64,000 bases of DNA from the NCBI RefSeq assembly GCF_009914755.1, contig NC_060931.1. One strand, written 5' to 3'. Position numbers and translations under genes: made by a program. Each line of letters begins with the position of its first letter. Positions within the stretch are counted from its first letter, which is position 1. Origin of the DNA: the human T2T-CHM13v2.0 reference genome, Homo sapiens. The notes under the pieces were generated by a model, which worked only from the letters and a program-made list of their open reading frames with translations, made no database searches and had not been told where the DNA came from. Below are positions 23,958-38,680 of this stretch, piece after piece.

Positions 23958-24420
23958 TGTTGTTTGGCCAACCATACTCATTCCCAGGCCCCAGCCACCT
24001 TCTTCTGTGGCTAGGAACACTAAATACTTATTTTTCCTGCTTCTCTTGCAGCTAAGCATTGCCCTGGACACAGTTCTGGCTGATGAGATACAAGCAAAAC
24101 CCACCAGAGGGTTCCCTGAAAAGATTTTGCTTTCATGATTAAAAAAAAAAAAAGGAGAAATATGGCTGGCATTGTCACTTCTCCCTTCATCATGTCCTGA
24201 ACATACAATACCTAGGCTTGCATTATGTATTTTGCAACCGTGAAATAAAAAGCATGAAAATGAAAAACAAACTCAATGGGAATGGTGGAACAGAGGATTA
24301 AACAGGATTATTAAGCAACTAAACCTATGCAAACAATCCCCTGTTTTCAGATAGCTTGATGTGGGAATAAAAGATTGTTGACGTTACCGTTACTTACAGA
24401 CAAATGCTTTCCAATGGAGA
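23958..24420 (+). mobile_element. MLT1 (J/K/L-like) MaLR LTR
   Basis: tttcctgcttctcttgcagcta...cagttctggctgatgagatacaagc motif. Confidence 0.65.
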
Positions 24421-24434
24421 TGCTACTTAAGACA

Positions 24435-24630
24435 GCCATGGTTTAAATCCTGGTTCTGCCTTTTACTGTGTGACCTTGGGCAACTTAATAAACTTTTCCA
24501 AGCCTCCATTTCTCATCTGTAAATGGGCATAAGTGAAATTGCTACAATAGCATTGTTGTGAAAAATATAAAATAATGCATTTCAAGTACTTGGCATTGAA
24601 TTTGGCACAAAGCATTTCTCTCAAACATTA
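24435..24630 (+). mobile_element. MIR SINE
   Basis: tttaaatcctggttctgcc...tgtgtgaccttgggcaa...ctcatctgtaaatggg. Confidence 0.8.
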
Positions 24631-26426
24631 AAAGCACATTTTAATACTAAACACAATAGAAATGTTTTAAAAATAAATGTTGCTTTTTTCTCCAAATAAT
24701 TACATATAAAAATTAAACATTTAGGGTGTTAGAGAAGTCAATTCTTTATTTTTAAAATCATCATTATATATAGTTTAACTTAAGACAATTTACAATAAGA
24801 ATTAAAATGTATAATGTAAATGTAAAATGTACATTTGTGTAATTAGGTAGTACAAATATTAACTAATAATTGCTATGTGGATTAAATTTTTTATATTATT
24901 CTAATTATTGTGATACAAAATAAGCCATTTCCTCCAGCACAAGATAGACTGAAATGACTGGCAGTAACCTCACAACTTCTTGTTGCCATACCACCCAGAA
25001 ACCTGAGACATGTGAATCTTTACTGTTCCACTTACTAGGTTATTTTCAGGACATTCAATCATTTCTCTTTAATCATTGAAGGAAACAGCAAATCTCTGTT
25101 TGTTGTTTCGCTTTGTTTTAGTCAGAAGCATTTTTGCTTCACTTCAACAAGATCATCACTCCAATTGTTTCTCTTTAGCAGCTTATCTTACAAGGCCAGT
25201 AAAAGACTGTGTTCCGAAGCCTAGAGACTTTCCATTTATAGCTTTCCATTAAGCCTCTTAAAAGTAGGTATTTACACAAATTAATTACTTAAAAGGTAGG
25301 GCCTTTTATGAAATAGCTTTTTTATTAATTCAAAGAGATTATAATTTTTAATCTAAACCTTTTTAAAAAGGATTTGAGTCGACTTACAACAAAAGACATA
25401 AATAGATTAAGATTGTTAAAATAAACCAAAACATATGCAAATACTGGGAAAAAAGGATGCAAATAAAAAAATCATGATGGCCACAATTATGCAAAACATT
25501 TAACTGTGAACTTCTACTAAAGCAAAAATGGAAACAGAGTTGATTTTTAAAATCTCATTATGTTAGAGGGAAAGTGTATGGTCTATATTTTTATATGCTG
25601 ATACTCAGTGTAGCCTTAGTACTAAAATTTCAGTAGGAATTTCTCTCATGGCCCTTCCCCAAGAAAAATTAAGTTCCATAATACACAGTGTTTTCATCAG
25701 TGAGGTTCAGTGGCTGCTTTGAACTTTAATAAAAGTCAATAGCATGACATTATACCAGTAATTTTAAAATGATTTTAAGCTATGGAATCTGAAAAAAATA
25801 TGCAGCAGCTAAATATATAAAATTATAGATAAATAAGAACTTCTCTAATTGAAACAGAGTTAAAGTGCCTAAAGCTACTATAACCAGTGATTACAGAATC
25901 TGAGTAAGGAAAAAAACTGTAGCCAATAAACTGATCACAGTGCCTTGCTTAGTTACAAATATACAAATGCAAATACAATGTCCTAAGCTCTTATGCTCTC
26001 CTGACAAGGTTGGGGATGAGGCAAGAATGTCTACTCTCATTGCTCTTATTGAACATTATACTGCAAGTCCCAGTTCAATAAAGCAAAAAGAAAAAATGAC
26101 ACATAAGGAAGACAGGAAGAAATAAAACTGTCTTTATTCAGAAAGAGTGTATTGTGCATGTAGAAAATCTTAAAAATCTACAAAAAGCCACTAAATCTAA
26201 TAAGTTAATTGAGCAAGATTGCAGGATACAAGTTCAATAGAAAACAACCATTTGTATTTCTATATATTAACAATAGGCAATTGGAAATAAAACAAAATAT
26301 ATTCACAACAGCATCAAAAATCATGTAAAACTAAGGATTAAATCTAACAACAGGTGGGCACAGGCAGTTCATTAAAAATTACAAATTATTACCAAGAAAA
26401 ATTAAAGAAAAATTAAATAAGGATAT

Positions 26427-26859
26427 TTCTATGGAGTGAATTTTGTCCCCTTCTCTACTTCAGTTTATATGTTGAAACCCTCAATGTGACAGTATTATAA
26501 ATGGGTACTTTGATAGGTAATTAGGTTTACATGAGGCCATGAGGATGGGCCCTCATAATTAATTAGTGTCTTTATAAGAAGAAACACCAGAGAGCGTGCC
26601 ATCTCTCTCTCCGTGTGTGTGTGTGTGTGTGTGTATGTGTGTGTGTGTGTGTGTGTGTGTACACAAAGAGGTCATGTGAGCACACAGTGAGATGGTGGCC
26701 ACCTGCAAGCTAAGAGAAGGGACTTCAAAATAAAACTTACCTTCCCAGCACCTTTATCTTGGACTTCCCAACATCCGTAACTATGAGAAAATAAATTTCT
26801 ATTATTTCAGCTACCCAGTCTATGATATTTTGTTATGGCATCCCAAGCTGACTAAGACA
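26427..26859 (+). mobile_element. MLT1A-type MaLR LTR containing (TG)n at 26613-26660
   Basis: ctatggagtgaattttgtcccc...gaggtcatgtgagcacacagtgagatggtggccacctgcaagc...ctgactaagaca. Confidence 0.85.
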
Positions 26860-26969
26860 GAGATATACAGTGCTCATGGATCAGACGACTTGAGGTTAAA
26901 ATTTAAGATACGAATTCACTGCAGATTTTTCTATAAACTCAGTATAATCAGAAATAAAATCCCACTAGG

Positions 26970-29900
26970 CCTATATGACCCAAGAATTCCATTTGTAGGC
27001 ATATACATAATAAAAAACAGGGACTCATACAGATATTTTTATCATTGCTGGATAATTCACAATAGGCAAAAGTTAAAAACAACCCAAGAGTCAATCAACA
27101 GGTAAATGGATAAACAAAATGTGGTATATACATACAATAGAATGTCATTCAGCCATGAAAAGGAATGGAGTTCTGACATATGCTACGACATAGATGAATC
27201 TTGAAAATATTATGCTGAGGGTGGAGCAAGATGGCCAAATAAAAGTCTCCACAAATTGTCTCACCTAAAAGGAACACCACATTTTAACAACTGACTACAC
27301 ACAATAAAAGCACCTTCATAAAAAACAAAAATCAGGTAAGCAATCACAGTACCTGGTTTATATTGCTGACAGAGGAACTAAATGGGTAGGAAAGACAGGC
27401 TTAAATCACTGAGACCACCCCTCTCACATTCCCCAGAAATAATTACATGGCATAGAAAGAGAATCTGTACACTTGGGGGAGGGAGAGCACAGTGACTGGG
27501 GGACTTTGCATTGAACTGAGTTTTGCCCTGTCACAGTGGAAAGCAAAAGCGTGATGAACTCAGCCAGTGCCCACACATGAAGGGAGCATTTGGACCAGAC
27601 CTAACCAGAGAGGAAGTGCCCATCTCAATGGTCTGAACCTGAGTTTCTCTGCAAGTCTTGCTACTGCAGGCTAAACTGCTCTGGGATCCTAGGTGAACTT
27701 GAAAGGCAGTCGAGGACACAAGGACTGCAATTCTTAGGGAAGTCCTGATGCTGTGCTGGACTTAGAGCCAGTGGATTGGGGTGGCACATGGCCTAGAAAG
27801 ACACCAGATGGGCCAGCTAGGGGAGTGCTTGTGCAACTCCTCCCACAACCACAGGCAGGAAAGCTTGCAGCAATAAAAGGACTCCTTCCTTCTACTTGAG
27901 GAGAGGAGACAGAAGAGCAAAGAGACTTTGTCTTGCACCTTGGATGCCAGCTAAACCAACATAGGGTAGATCAGTGGGCAGAGTAGTGAGGCCTGCATCC
28001 TAGGCCCTACCTCCCAGATGACATTTCTAGACACACTCTCGGCCAGAAGAGAAACATCTTCCTTGAAGGGAATGAACAAGTACTGGCAGAATTCATCACC
28101 TTCTGACTAAAGAGCCCCCGAACCCTGAATCACCAACAGCAATACTCAGGTGGTATACCACTGGCCTTGGGTAAGACTCTGAGACATGCTGGCTTCAGCT
28201 ACCAGCTCAGCCATAGTAGCGCAGAGCACCAAGTGGGCTCTTAGGGATCCCTGAATCCAGGAATAGGCTATTGGATGGCACTTATAGACCTGCCCTAGGC
28301 CAAAGGGGAGCCCACTTCCCTGAAGAGTGAGCCCCAGGCCTGGCAGCATTGACCACAATCTGACTGAAGAGCCCCTGGGCCTTAAGTGAATCTTAGTGGT
28401 GGCCTGGAAAAACTCCCTATGGGCTAGTGGTGGTGGTGGCAACAGGGAAAGGCTTCTCTGCCTGTGGAAAGGGGAAAGAAGAATGGAAAGAGCTTTGTCT
28501 TATGGTCTGAGTACCAGCTTAGCCACAATGCAACAGAACACCAGGTAGATTTCTAAGTTTTTTTTTTAATTCTAATCCCTGGCTCCCAGACAGCATCTCT
28601 AGACCTGCATGGGTTCTGGGGAAACTGACTGCCCTGAAGGAAATGACAAAATCTGTGGCTTCCCCACCTACTGATTGTAGATCCCTAGAATCTTGAGAGA
28701 ATATAGGTCGTAGTCAGGTAGCAAATATAGTGGACCTTGTGTGAGACTCAGTACTGTGCTGGCTTCAGGTCTGACCTGGGATAGTCCCAGTGGTGGTGGC
28801 CACAGGGGTGCTTGAATCATGCCATCCCCAGCTCCAGGTGGTTCAGCACAGCAAGAAAGACTTCATTTGTTTAAAAGAAAGTAGCAGAAGATAACGAGAA
28901 TTTCTTCCTGGTAATCCAGGGAATTCTTCCAGACCTTATCTAAGACCACCTAGGTGGTATCTTTATGAGTCTGTATTACTCGGCTTGGAACCCAAGTCTC
29001 TTTTGAATATCTAGAAAGCCTTCCCAAGAAGAATGAGCATAGAGCATAGACAAGCTCAGACTGAGAAGACTACAATAAATACCCAACTCTTTAATGCCCA
29101 GACACAGACAAACATCCAGAAGTATCAAGACCATCTAGGAAAACATGACCTCACCATACAAACTAAATAAGGGACCAGGGACCAATCCTGGAGAAACAGA
29201 GATATGTGGCCTTTCAGGCAGAGAATTCAAAATAGCTCTTTCGAGGAAACTCAAAGAAATTCAACATAACACAAAGAAGAATTCAGAATTCTATCAGATA
29301 CATTTAACAAAGAGATTGAAATAATTAAAAAGAATCAAGCAGAAATTCTATAGTTGAAAATGCAACTGATGTATTGAAGAATGTCTTAGAGTCTCTTAAT
29401 AACATAACTGCTCAACAAAAAGAAAGAATTAATGAGCTTGAAGACAGGCTCCTTGGTAATATACTGTCAAAGGAGACAAAATAAAAAGGAATAAAAAATA
29501 ATAAAGTAAGCCTACAGAATCTAGAAAATAGCTTCAAAAGGGCAAATCTAAGAGTTCTTGGCCTTAAAGAGGAAGTAGAGAAAGAGATGAGGGTAGCAAG
29601 TTTATTCAATGGGATAATATAAAAGAACTTCCAAACTTAGAGAAATATATAAATATTCAAGTACAAGAAGGTTATAGAACACCAAGCAGATTTTACCCAA
29701 AGAAGACTACCTAAAGGCATTTAATAATCAAATTCAAAGATAAAGAATCCTAAAAGCAGCAAGAGAAAAAAAACACACACACAATAGAACTTTAATGCAT
29801 CTGTAAGCAGACTTTTCAGTAGAAACCTTACTGGCCAGAAGAGAGTGGCATGACATACTTAAAGTACAGAAGGATAAAAACGTTTTACCCTGGAATAGTA

Positions 29901-32900
29901 TATTCTGTGAAAATATCCTTCAAGCATGAAGGAGAAATAAAGACTTTCCTAGACAAACAAAAGCTGAAGGATTTCATCAATACCAGACCTGCCCTAAAAG
30001 AAAGGTTAATGGGAGTTCTTCAATCTGAAAGAGAAGGACAATAAGCAATAAGAAATCATCTGAAGGTACAAAAATCAGATAGTAGAAAGCAGACCGAAAA
30101 ACACAGAATACTATAACACTGTAATTGTGGTGTGTAAACTATGTTTATCTTAAGTCAAAAGACTAAATGATGAACCAGTCAAAAATAACAACAACTTTTT
30201 AAGACACAAACAGTACAACAAGACAAAGAAAAACAACAGAAAGTCCTTACTTGTCAATAACAACATAAAATGTAAATGAACTAAACTCTGTAATCAAAAA
30301 GCATAGAATGGCTGAATGAATTTTTAAAAAAAGACCCAATGATCTGCTGCTTATAAAAAACATACTTCAACTATAAAGATACACATAGACTAAAAACAAA
30401 TAAATGGAATATTTCATGGCAATGTAAACCAAAAAAGAACAGGAGTAGCTACAGTTATATCTCATAAAATAAATTTAAAGACAAAAACTATAAGAAGAGA
30501 CAACATTGTTATACAATGGCAAATGGGTCAATTCAGCAAGAGGATATAACAATTGTAAATAGATATGTACCCAACACTTGAACACCCAGATATATAAAGT
30601 AAATATTATTAGAGCTAAGGAGAGAGACAGACCTCAGTACAATAGTAGCTGGAGATTTCAACATCCCACTTTCAACATTGTTGATTTTCTGCCTGGGAAA
30701 TCTGTCCAAAGAAACATCAGACTTAATCCAGACTATAGAACAAACGCATCTAATAGATATTTACAGAATGTTTCATCCAATGGCTACAGAATAAAAATTC
30801 TTCAACTCAGCATCATTCTCACAGACAGACCATATGTCAGGCTACAAAACAAGTCTTAAAACATTCAAAAACAATTGAAATTGAAATAATATAAAACATA
30901 TTCTCTGACCACAATGAAATTAAACTACCCATCAGTAACAACAGGAATTTTGTACACTAAAAAAAAAAACATGAAAATTGAATCATATGCTCCTGAATGA
31001 CCAGTGGGTCAATGAAGAAATAAAGAAGGAAACTGAAAAATTTCTTGAAATAAATGATAATGGAAACACAACATACCACAACTCATAAGATACAGCAAAA
31101 GCAGTACTAAGAGGAAAATATATAGCTTTAAGTGCCTATATCAAAAAAAGAAAAACTTAAACAGCCTGATGATGCATCTTAAAAAATTAGAAAAGCTAGA
31201 ACAAACCAAACCCCAAATTATTAGAAGAAAAAAATAAACATCAGAGCAGAAATAAATGAAATTGAAATGAAGAAAACATAAAAGATAAACAAAACCAGAA
31301 GTTTGTTTTTTTTAAAGATAAGCAAAATTGGCAAACCTTTAGCCAGACTAAGAAAAAAAAAAAAAGAGACGATCCAAACAAATAAAATCAGAGAGAAAAA
31401 AGAAGACATTACAACTGATACAACAGGAATTTAAAGGATCATTAGTGACTACTATGAGCAATTATATGCTAATAAATTGGAATATGTGGAGGAAACGGAT
31501 AAATTCCTAGGCTCAAACAACCTACCCAGATTGAACCATGAAGAAACCCAAAAATGGAACAGACCAATAACAAAGTAACAAGATTGAAGCTGTAATGAAA
31601 AGCCTGCCAGTAAAGAAAAGCCTGGGAACCAATGGCTTCAGTGCTGAATTCCACCAGACATGTAAAGAACTAATACCAATCTTACTCAAACTATTTCAAA
31701 AATGGAGGAATAAATACTTCCGAATTCATTCTATAAATCCAGTATTATCCTGATACCAAAATCAGACAAAGACACATCAAAAAAGAAAACTATAGGCCAA
31801 TATCCCCGACGAATGTTGATAGAAAAATCCTCACAAAATACTAGCAAGCTGAATTCAACAATACATTAAAAAGATCATTCATCATGACCAAGTGGGGTTT
31901 ATCCCAGTTTCAACATATGCTAATCAATCAATGTGATATATCATATCAACAGAATGAAGGATAAAAACTATATGATCATTTCGATTGATGCTGAAAAACC
32001 TTTTGCTAAAATTCAACATCTTCTTATGATTAAAACCCTCAAGAACTGTATATAGAAAGAACATACCTCAACAGAGTAAAATCCATGTATAACAGACCCA
32101 CAGTTAGTGTTATACAGAATGGGAAAAAACTGAAAGCCTTTCCTCTAAGCTCTAGAACACAACAAAGAACTCCAATGTCACCACTGGTATTCAACATAGT
32201 ACTGAAGTCCTTCCTAGCTAGAGCTGTTTTCTGTTTGAAAAGAGAAAGAAATACATGGTGTCCAAATTGGAAAGGAAAAAATCAAATTGTCCTTACTTGC
32301 AGATGGTATTATATTATATTTGGTAAAGCCTAAACACTTCACCATAAAACTGTTAGAACTGATAAACAAATTCAGTAAAGATGCAGAATAAAAAATCAAT
32401 ATAAATAGTAGCATTTGTGTATGCCAACATGAAACAATCTGAAAAAGAAAAAAAGTTCTTCCATTTAATATAGCTACAAATAAAACGAAATACAAAGGAA
32501 TTAACTTAAAGAACTGAAAAAAACTCTACAATGAAAATTATAAAACACTGATAAAAGACATTGAAGATACAAAAAAAATGAAGACATTCCATGTTCAAGG
32601 ATTGAAGGAATCAATATTGCTAAAATGTCCATACTACCCAAAGCAATCTACAGATTCAATGTAATCCTTGTCAAAATACCAATGACATTATTTACAAAAG
32701 TAGAAAAAGTAATCCTATGATTTATATGGAACTACAAAAGACCCCAACTAGCCAAAGATATCCTGAGCAAAAAGAACAAAACTGGAGAAACCACATTACC
32801 TGACTTTAAATTATACTACAGGGCAATAACAAATAAAACAGCAGGGTGCTGGCATAAAAACAGATACCTAGACCAATGGAACAGAATAGATAACCCAGAA

Positions 32901-34690
32901 ACAAATCCTTATTTTCAACAAAGCTGCCAAGAACATATATTGGAGAAAAATCATCTCTTTAATAAATGATGCTGGGAAAAGTGGATATCCATATGCAAAA
33001 GAATGAAACTAGACCCCTATCTCTTGCTATATGCAAAAATCAAATCAAAAGGGATTAAAAACTTAAATCTAAGACCTCAAACCATGAAATTACTATAAGA
33101 AAACATTGGGGAAAATCTTCAGGACATTGGACTAGGCAAAGATTTTTTGAATAATACTGCACAAGCACAGGCAACCAAAGCAAAAATGGGCAAATGGGAT
33201 CACATCAGTTAAAAAGCTTCTGCATACTAAAGGAAACAATCAACAAAGTGAAAAGATAACCCACAGAATAGGAGAAGATATTTATAAACTACCCATATGA
33301 TGAGAAACTAATAACCAAAATATAGCAGTAGCTATAAAAACTCTATAGGAAAAAATACAATAATCTGATGTTAAAAAGGGGAAAATATCTGAACAGACAT
33401 TTCTCAAAAGAAGACAAATGGCAGACGGGCATACGAAAAGGTGCTCAATGTCACTGATCATCAGAGAAATGTAAATCAAAACTGCAATGATATATCATCT
33501 CACACCAGTTAAAGTGGCTTATATCCAAAAGACAAGCAGTAACAAATGCTGGAGAGAATGTCAAGAAAAGGGAGCCCTGGTACACTGTCGGTGAGAATGT
33601 GAATTATTACAACTGCTATGGAGAACAGTGTGAAAATTCCTCAAAAACTGAAAATAGAGTGACTATGCGATCTAGAAATCCCACCCCTGGGTATATACCC
33701 AAAAGAAAAGAAATCAGTATATCAAAGGGATAGCTTCACTCCCATGTTTGTTGCAGCACTGTTCACAATAGCCAATAGCCAATATCTGGAAGCAACCTAA
33801 GTGTCCATCAACAGATGAATGAATAAAGAAAATGTGGTACATATACACAATGGAGTACTGGAGCCATAAGAAAGAATAAGATCCTGTCATTTGCAGCAAC
33901 ATGGATGAGACTGGAGGTAATTATGTTAAGTGAAATAAGCCAGGCACAGAAATATAAACTTTGCATGTTCTCACTTATTTGTGGGAACTAAAAATTAAAA
34001 CAATTGAACTCATGGAGAGAGCAGAAGGATGGTTACCAGAAACTGGGAATGGTAGTGGGGATGTGGTGGGGCAGGGAGTGGGAATTGTTAATGGGTGAAA
34101 AAAATAATTAGAAACAATGAATAAGACCTAGTATTTGATAGCACAAAAGGGTGACTATAGTCAATAATAACTTAATTGTACATTGTTAAATAACTAAAAT
34201 AATATAATTGGATTGTTTCTAACACAAAGGATAAATCTTAAGGGGATGGATATCCCATTTACTATGACGATATACATTGCATGCCTGTATCAAAGTATTT
34301 CACATGCCCCATAAATATATACACTTACTATGTACCTACAAAAATTAAAAATAAAAAACATTTTAAGAACCATTACACTAGGTGGCATACGCCAGATGCA
34401 AAAAGAAAATATTGTATGATTCCACTTATATGGTGTATAAATACCTAGAATTGGAAAATTTCCCTAGAATAGGCTCATTCACAGAAATAAAGTAGATTAC
34501 AGATTACCAGGGGCTGGAGGGAATGAGGAGTTATTGCTTAATATGTACAGAGTTTCTGTATGGGGTGATGGAAAATTCTGGAAATATTGGTGACACGACG
34601 ATGCAAATGTAATTAATGCCACTGAATTGAATACTTAAAGATGGTTAAAATAGCAAATTTTATATTTTTTTTACTATACTAAAACACCCT
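26970..34690 (+). mobile_element. L1MB-like 3' end, split by the L1MA (pieces ~26970-27218 and ~34365-34690)
   Basis: aaatggataaacaaaatgtggtatatacatacaat...gatgaatcttgaaaatattatgctga rejoins ...aatattgtatgattccacttatatg...cttaaagatggttaaaatagcaaatttta. Confidence 0.75.
27219..34360 (+). mobile_element. Full-length L1MA (L1MA1-3-like) LINE, ~7.1 kb, inactivated
   Basis: 5' end gggtggagcaagatggcc; ~1.9 kb 5'UTR; ORF1 remnants (YSVKISFKHEGEIKTFLDKQKLKDFINTRPALKE); ORF2 EN/RT remnants with many stops; L1MA 3' UTR ending ctatgtacctacaaaaattaaaaataaaaaa. Confidence 0.9.
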
Positions 34691-36715
34691 TATTTACAAA
34701 ACAAAACCCTAGGAGACTTTTTTATGAAATCTACAAATTGATTGTGAAATACATATTAAAATGTAAAGGATCCACAATAGCCAAAATCATTTGAAAAGAA
34801 CTAAGTTGCATGATTTGATCTGAAGACTCACAGAAACACTACAATAATCAAGACAGCATAGTATTGGTGTTAACCGTAGATGTATTGATCAATAGATGAC
34901 AGAATGTCAGAAATAGACACATATATGATCAATTAGCTTCTGACAAAGTGCCAAGATAATTTAATAGGAAGAAAAATGTTTTCAACATATTGTATGGAAC
35001 ATCAAGATATGCATATGAATACATAAACTCTGACCTTTCCTCAGATCATATACAAAATTAACTTATCAATTACAGACCTAAATGTAAAAAATCTCCTAAA
35101 AGGAGAAAACTTTGCAAAAAAACCCAAAAGTGATAAATTATATCAATTCGTTAATATAGAAATATAGACTATAATTACATGTGTTTGTATACATACATGT
35201 GTCCAGAACTTAATAACCTGAATCTTAGCAACAAGAGGACAAAAACTCATTTAAAAAACTGTCAAAAGATTTGAACAGACACTTCATAAAAATACAAAGG
35301 CCACTAAGTACATCAAAAAATGCACATTTAAACCACATTTAGTTACCATTACAAAGTCATTAGAATGGCTAAAAATTAAAAGGCTAGAACGAGTGGAATT
35401 CTCATACAATGCTAGTTGCAAAGTAAAATATTGCCACTACTTTGTAAATCTGTTTGGCAGATTCTTATAACGTTGAACACATGTCTGCCATATGACCCAA
35501 CAATTCCAAGAGTAATAATCATATGCCAACCCTGCCACAATAACCATATCAGATTTATTCATAGTAGCCACAAAACTGGAAAAAAACCCAACTATCCATC
35601 AGTATGTCAATGGATAGCCCAGTTGTGATACATCCTTTCAATGGAATACTACTAGGCAATGATAAGAGAATAGAGTATTGTTATTATCATTACATGCAAT
35701 TACATGAATGAATTTCAAAAACATTTTTCTGAGCAAAAAAAGATAGGCACACTGTATCATTCCATTTATATGAAACTCTAAAATAAGCAAAACTAATCTG
35801 TAATGACAGAGCACACATCATTGATTGCCTGGGGTTGTGGCTGGTAGGAGAGAGGTGTGACTACAAAGTGGCAGAAAGAACATTTTTGGATAATAAAAAG
35901 GGTCTATATCTTTATAGTGGTGGTGGTTACATAAGTGTATACATTTGTCAAAACTCATCAAACTAGAATGGATGCATGTTGTTAAATGTAAATCATGCCT
36001 CAGTAAAGAAGATTTTAAGAGTAGAAATAAGGATCTATACCCATTACTGAATCTACATTATATACTTGCTGAGGCTGTGACAGAGTGCATCATCAACGCA
36101 ATATGGCTAAGCTTACCCACAAGTAAGCTGGAATGTGGGTATAAATCAAGTTTAAGGATAAGCAGAATACCAGGTAACTGGCAACACCAGAAAAAATTTC
36201 TTCCTCCTACCCAGCTGGGAAATATCCACAGTCTTTTCTACTGCAATGTACATATCCCAGATTAAACAAGTTTGAGAGTCAGGAGAACACTATATGACAT
36301 CTTCCTCCTAAAAGATGACAACTGCTCTTGGCAGTGGGTACTTGAGACAGAATTTAGGAAACCTCTGCCATGGCTAGCTCTCGAAGTATAATAATTAGTA
36401 AACCACTTTATCTGGGAGTGATAATAAGATTTTGTGCATTTTTGTTACTGCATTGCCTCCTTGACCAGGACAGTCCACTAATACTCAGTCTTCCACCTCC
36501 AAGGTAGTCCTTTAAGAATTTGTTCAGAAACCCTAGGTTTCAGCCAGGAATGATTTTAAAACATTGAAAGCATAACCAAGTGATGGTGTATATATTCCTC
36601 TTTGCACAGATATAAATTTATTGTGCAGTTTTTCTATGTTGTTTAATAAAGTTCACTTTCTCTAGTGATCTTACAGGCAACTTCTAATACTACTACTACC
36701 ATTAATACTAATACT

Positions 36716-36846
36716 ATGGTTCTCAAACACTGCATGTTCTTAAGTCAAATTCCCAGAGGTCTGGGGAATTGGGGTCTAAGATCTGGTCTAACCTCTCTCT
36801 GGTGATCCTAGTACAGATAGCCTTCAAACAATTTGAGAAACACTGC
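36716..36846. mobile_element. MER5-like hAT MITE, degenerate
   Basis: TIR-like tggttctcaaac ... tttgagaaacactg. Confidence 0.55.
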
Positions 36847-38039
36847 ACTGTTCCATTGCTCTGCCAGGGACACTTAACTTTTTAGTCCTCCAGTTAGGTG
36901 GGAGTGAGTTGACTGACAGGCTAGATAACAACCAAATACATAATCAAAATCAAATGTATCATAATGTACTTTCAACAAGTTGTCCCTCATGAAGACATAG
37001 CATGATTATTTTTGCATGGGACACTTTACAACTGATGGTTGATGTTTACTTCGTTAAATGAATTTTAAATACAAGTGGCATTGATTCTATAAACAGCAAC
37101 ATCTTAGGAAAACATCCTGTAAAGAATCTCCACACTTAGCTCCTAGAGAATGGTGACAAGGACTGCTTAAAAGAACATGAAATAGTTTGGTGCTATAGAT
37201 TAAATTTCTTCTGAGAAAAAGTGTGAATTTTACAGGTGGCATCCAGATGGAGAATTAGTCCCTTCCCACCCACATGAAGAAAGTCTATAAAACCTCTTCC
37301 ACAACAGGAGAAGAAAGGGAGGACATTTTGTGCCAAGAAATTTTTGCAATTTGTGTACTAGAAGAGTACTGCAACTCTCTGGAGCACTCCATATTATGTG
37401 TAGCTGTGTCGTGTCAAATAGAACAGATACTAAACTACAGAAATTGAGTTAATGAAGAGGTAACACGTCAAAGTCTAAACTTGAACAATGGTAGACAGAC
37501 TAATTGTTTTCTACAATTATATCTGCTTTTAGTTTTGAAAATGACCAATCCAGCATGAGCCAGCATGGGTCAGCATAGGATACAGAAGATTACTAAATAG
37601 ATGGGAACTAAGACCATAACAGAGAGATAATCCAACTACAACCAGCTAGAGATATTCTTAGAATCTTGTGGTTAAGGGTTTTACCAACACCTTGACAATT
37701 AACTCCAAAACAATATGTAGGTGTATCTGTACACTATTTATGAATTTTTCTGTATATATACTTACATTAATTAATTGTTTAGTTCAATTTTAACAGTTCA
37801 TTTTGCTGAGTGGAGCCCTTCATTCTCAGTAAATTTTTTAAGGACTTTATAAACACATACATTATTAATAAAAAGTACTCAAACTAGGCGAATCCAATCA
37901 ATAGTTGCAATTATGATCAGATAAGAGCACTTATTTAAATAGTGGCTCTTACCTTTTAAAAATATTTTTATGAAAATTCACCACAAATACTTTAATAAAA
38001 TGAGTTATATGGATATGAATTCAATTACTATAGCTCTAG

Positions 38040-38680
38040 AACCAGGTGATGAAATAACAAAATGAAACAGAAAGATTGCAGAAGTAATAAAACAGAGTGA
38101 GTGGCAAAAGAATATCATTAATAAAATAATAAGATCAAAGAAATGAATAGACAAGGTTGAAAACTAAATTACTCACTAGAGGAAACATTTGAGAAACATC
38201 ACAGTAATGCAGATAAAAGACACAGAAACAAAAACAATTATTTAAAAGTAATATATACAGAAGATAGAAAAGATAGGTAAGACAATAAATGTGACAGAAA
38301 ATGTATTAAAAGATATGGTACAACAAAGCTTCACCGATATTGAGGTAAAAAATAAACCTGTATATTGAAAGGACACGAGAAATTCCTGGAAAAATTTATA
38401 AATGATCATCTGTAAGAAAGTGCTTTAGTGAAATTGTTTTTCCCCAACTTTAAGGATGAAGAAAAATAACTTGGCTATCAGTTCTTGCTATCCATCCTTT
38501 TACCTATACATATAAACACAGAGAGATTTCCAGAATCGTAACCTTCAAAATTATAATGATTATGTCTAGTAGGTGAAATTTGAGTTATTACATGTTTCTC
38601 TGGACTTTCCTCTATTGCTTGTATATTTATAATGAACATATGTTACTTTTATAAAAGCAATACAGTCATTAACTTAAAAA
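38040..38680 (+). mobile_element. Very old L1-related relic (HAL1/L1ME-like ORF1 plus 3' end)
   Basis: A-rich ORF1-like stretch (gaatagacaaggttgaaaactaaattac) followed by ttataatgaacatatgttacttttataa terminal motif. Confidence 0.45.

Larger units (their letters stand above)
25960..36020 (+). mobile_element. Old L1 (L1MC/ME-like) ORF2 and 3' end, split (pieces ~25960-26965 and ~34700-36020)
   Basis: Degenerate ORF2 motifs (aaactgtctttattca...gtagaaaatc; gcaagattgcaggatacaag) continue after 34700 (attgattgtgaaatacatat...) and finish in an L1MC/ME-style 3' UTR (tatacatttgtcaaaactcatcaaac). Confidence 0.7.
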
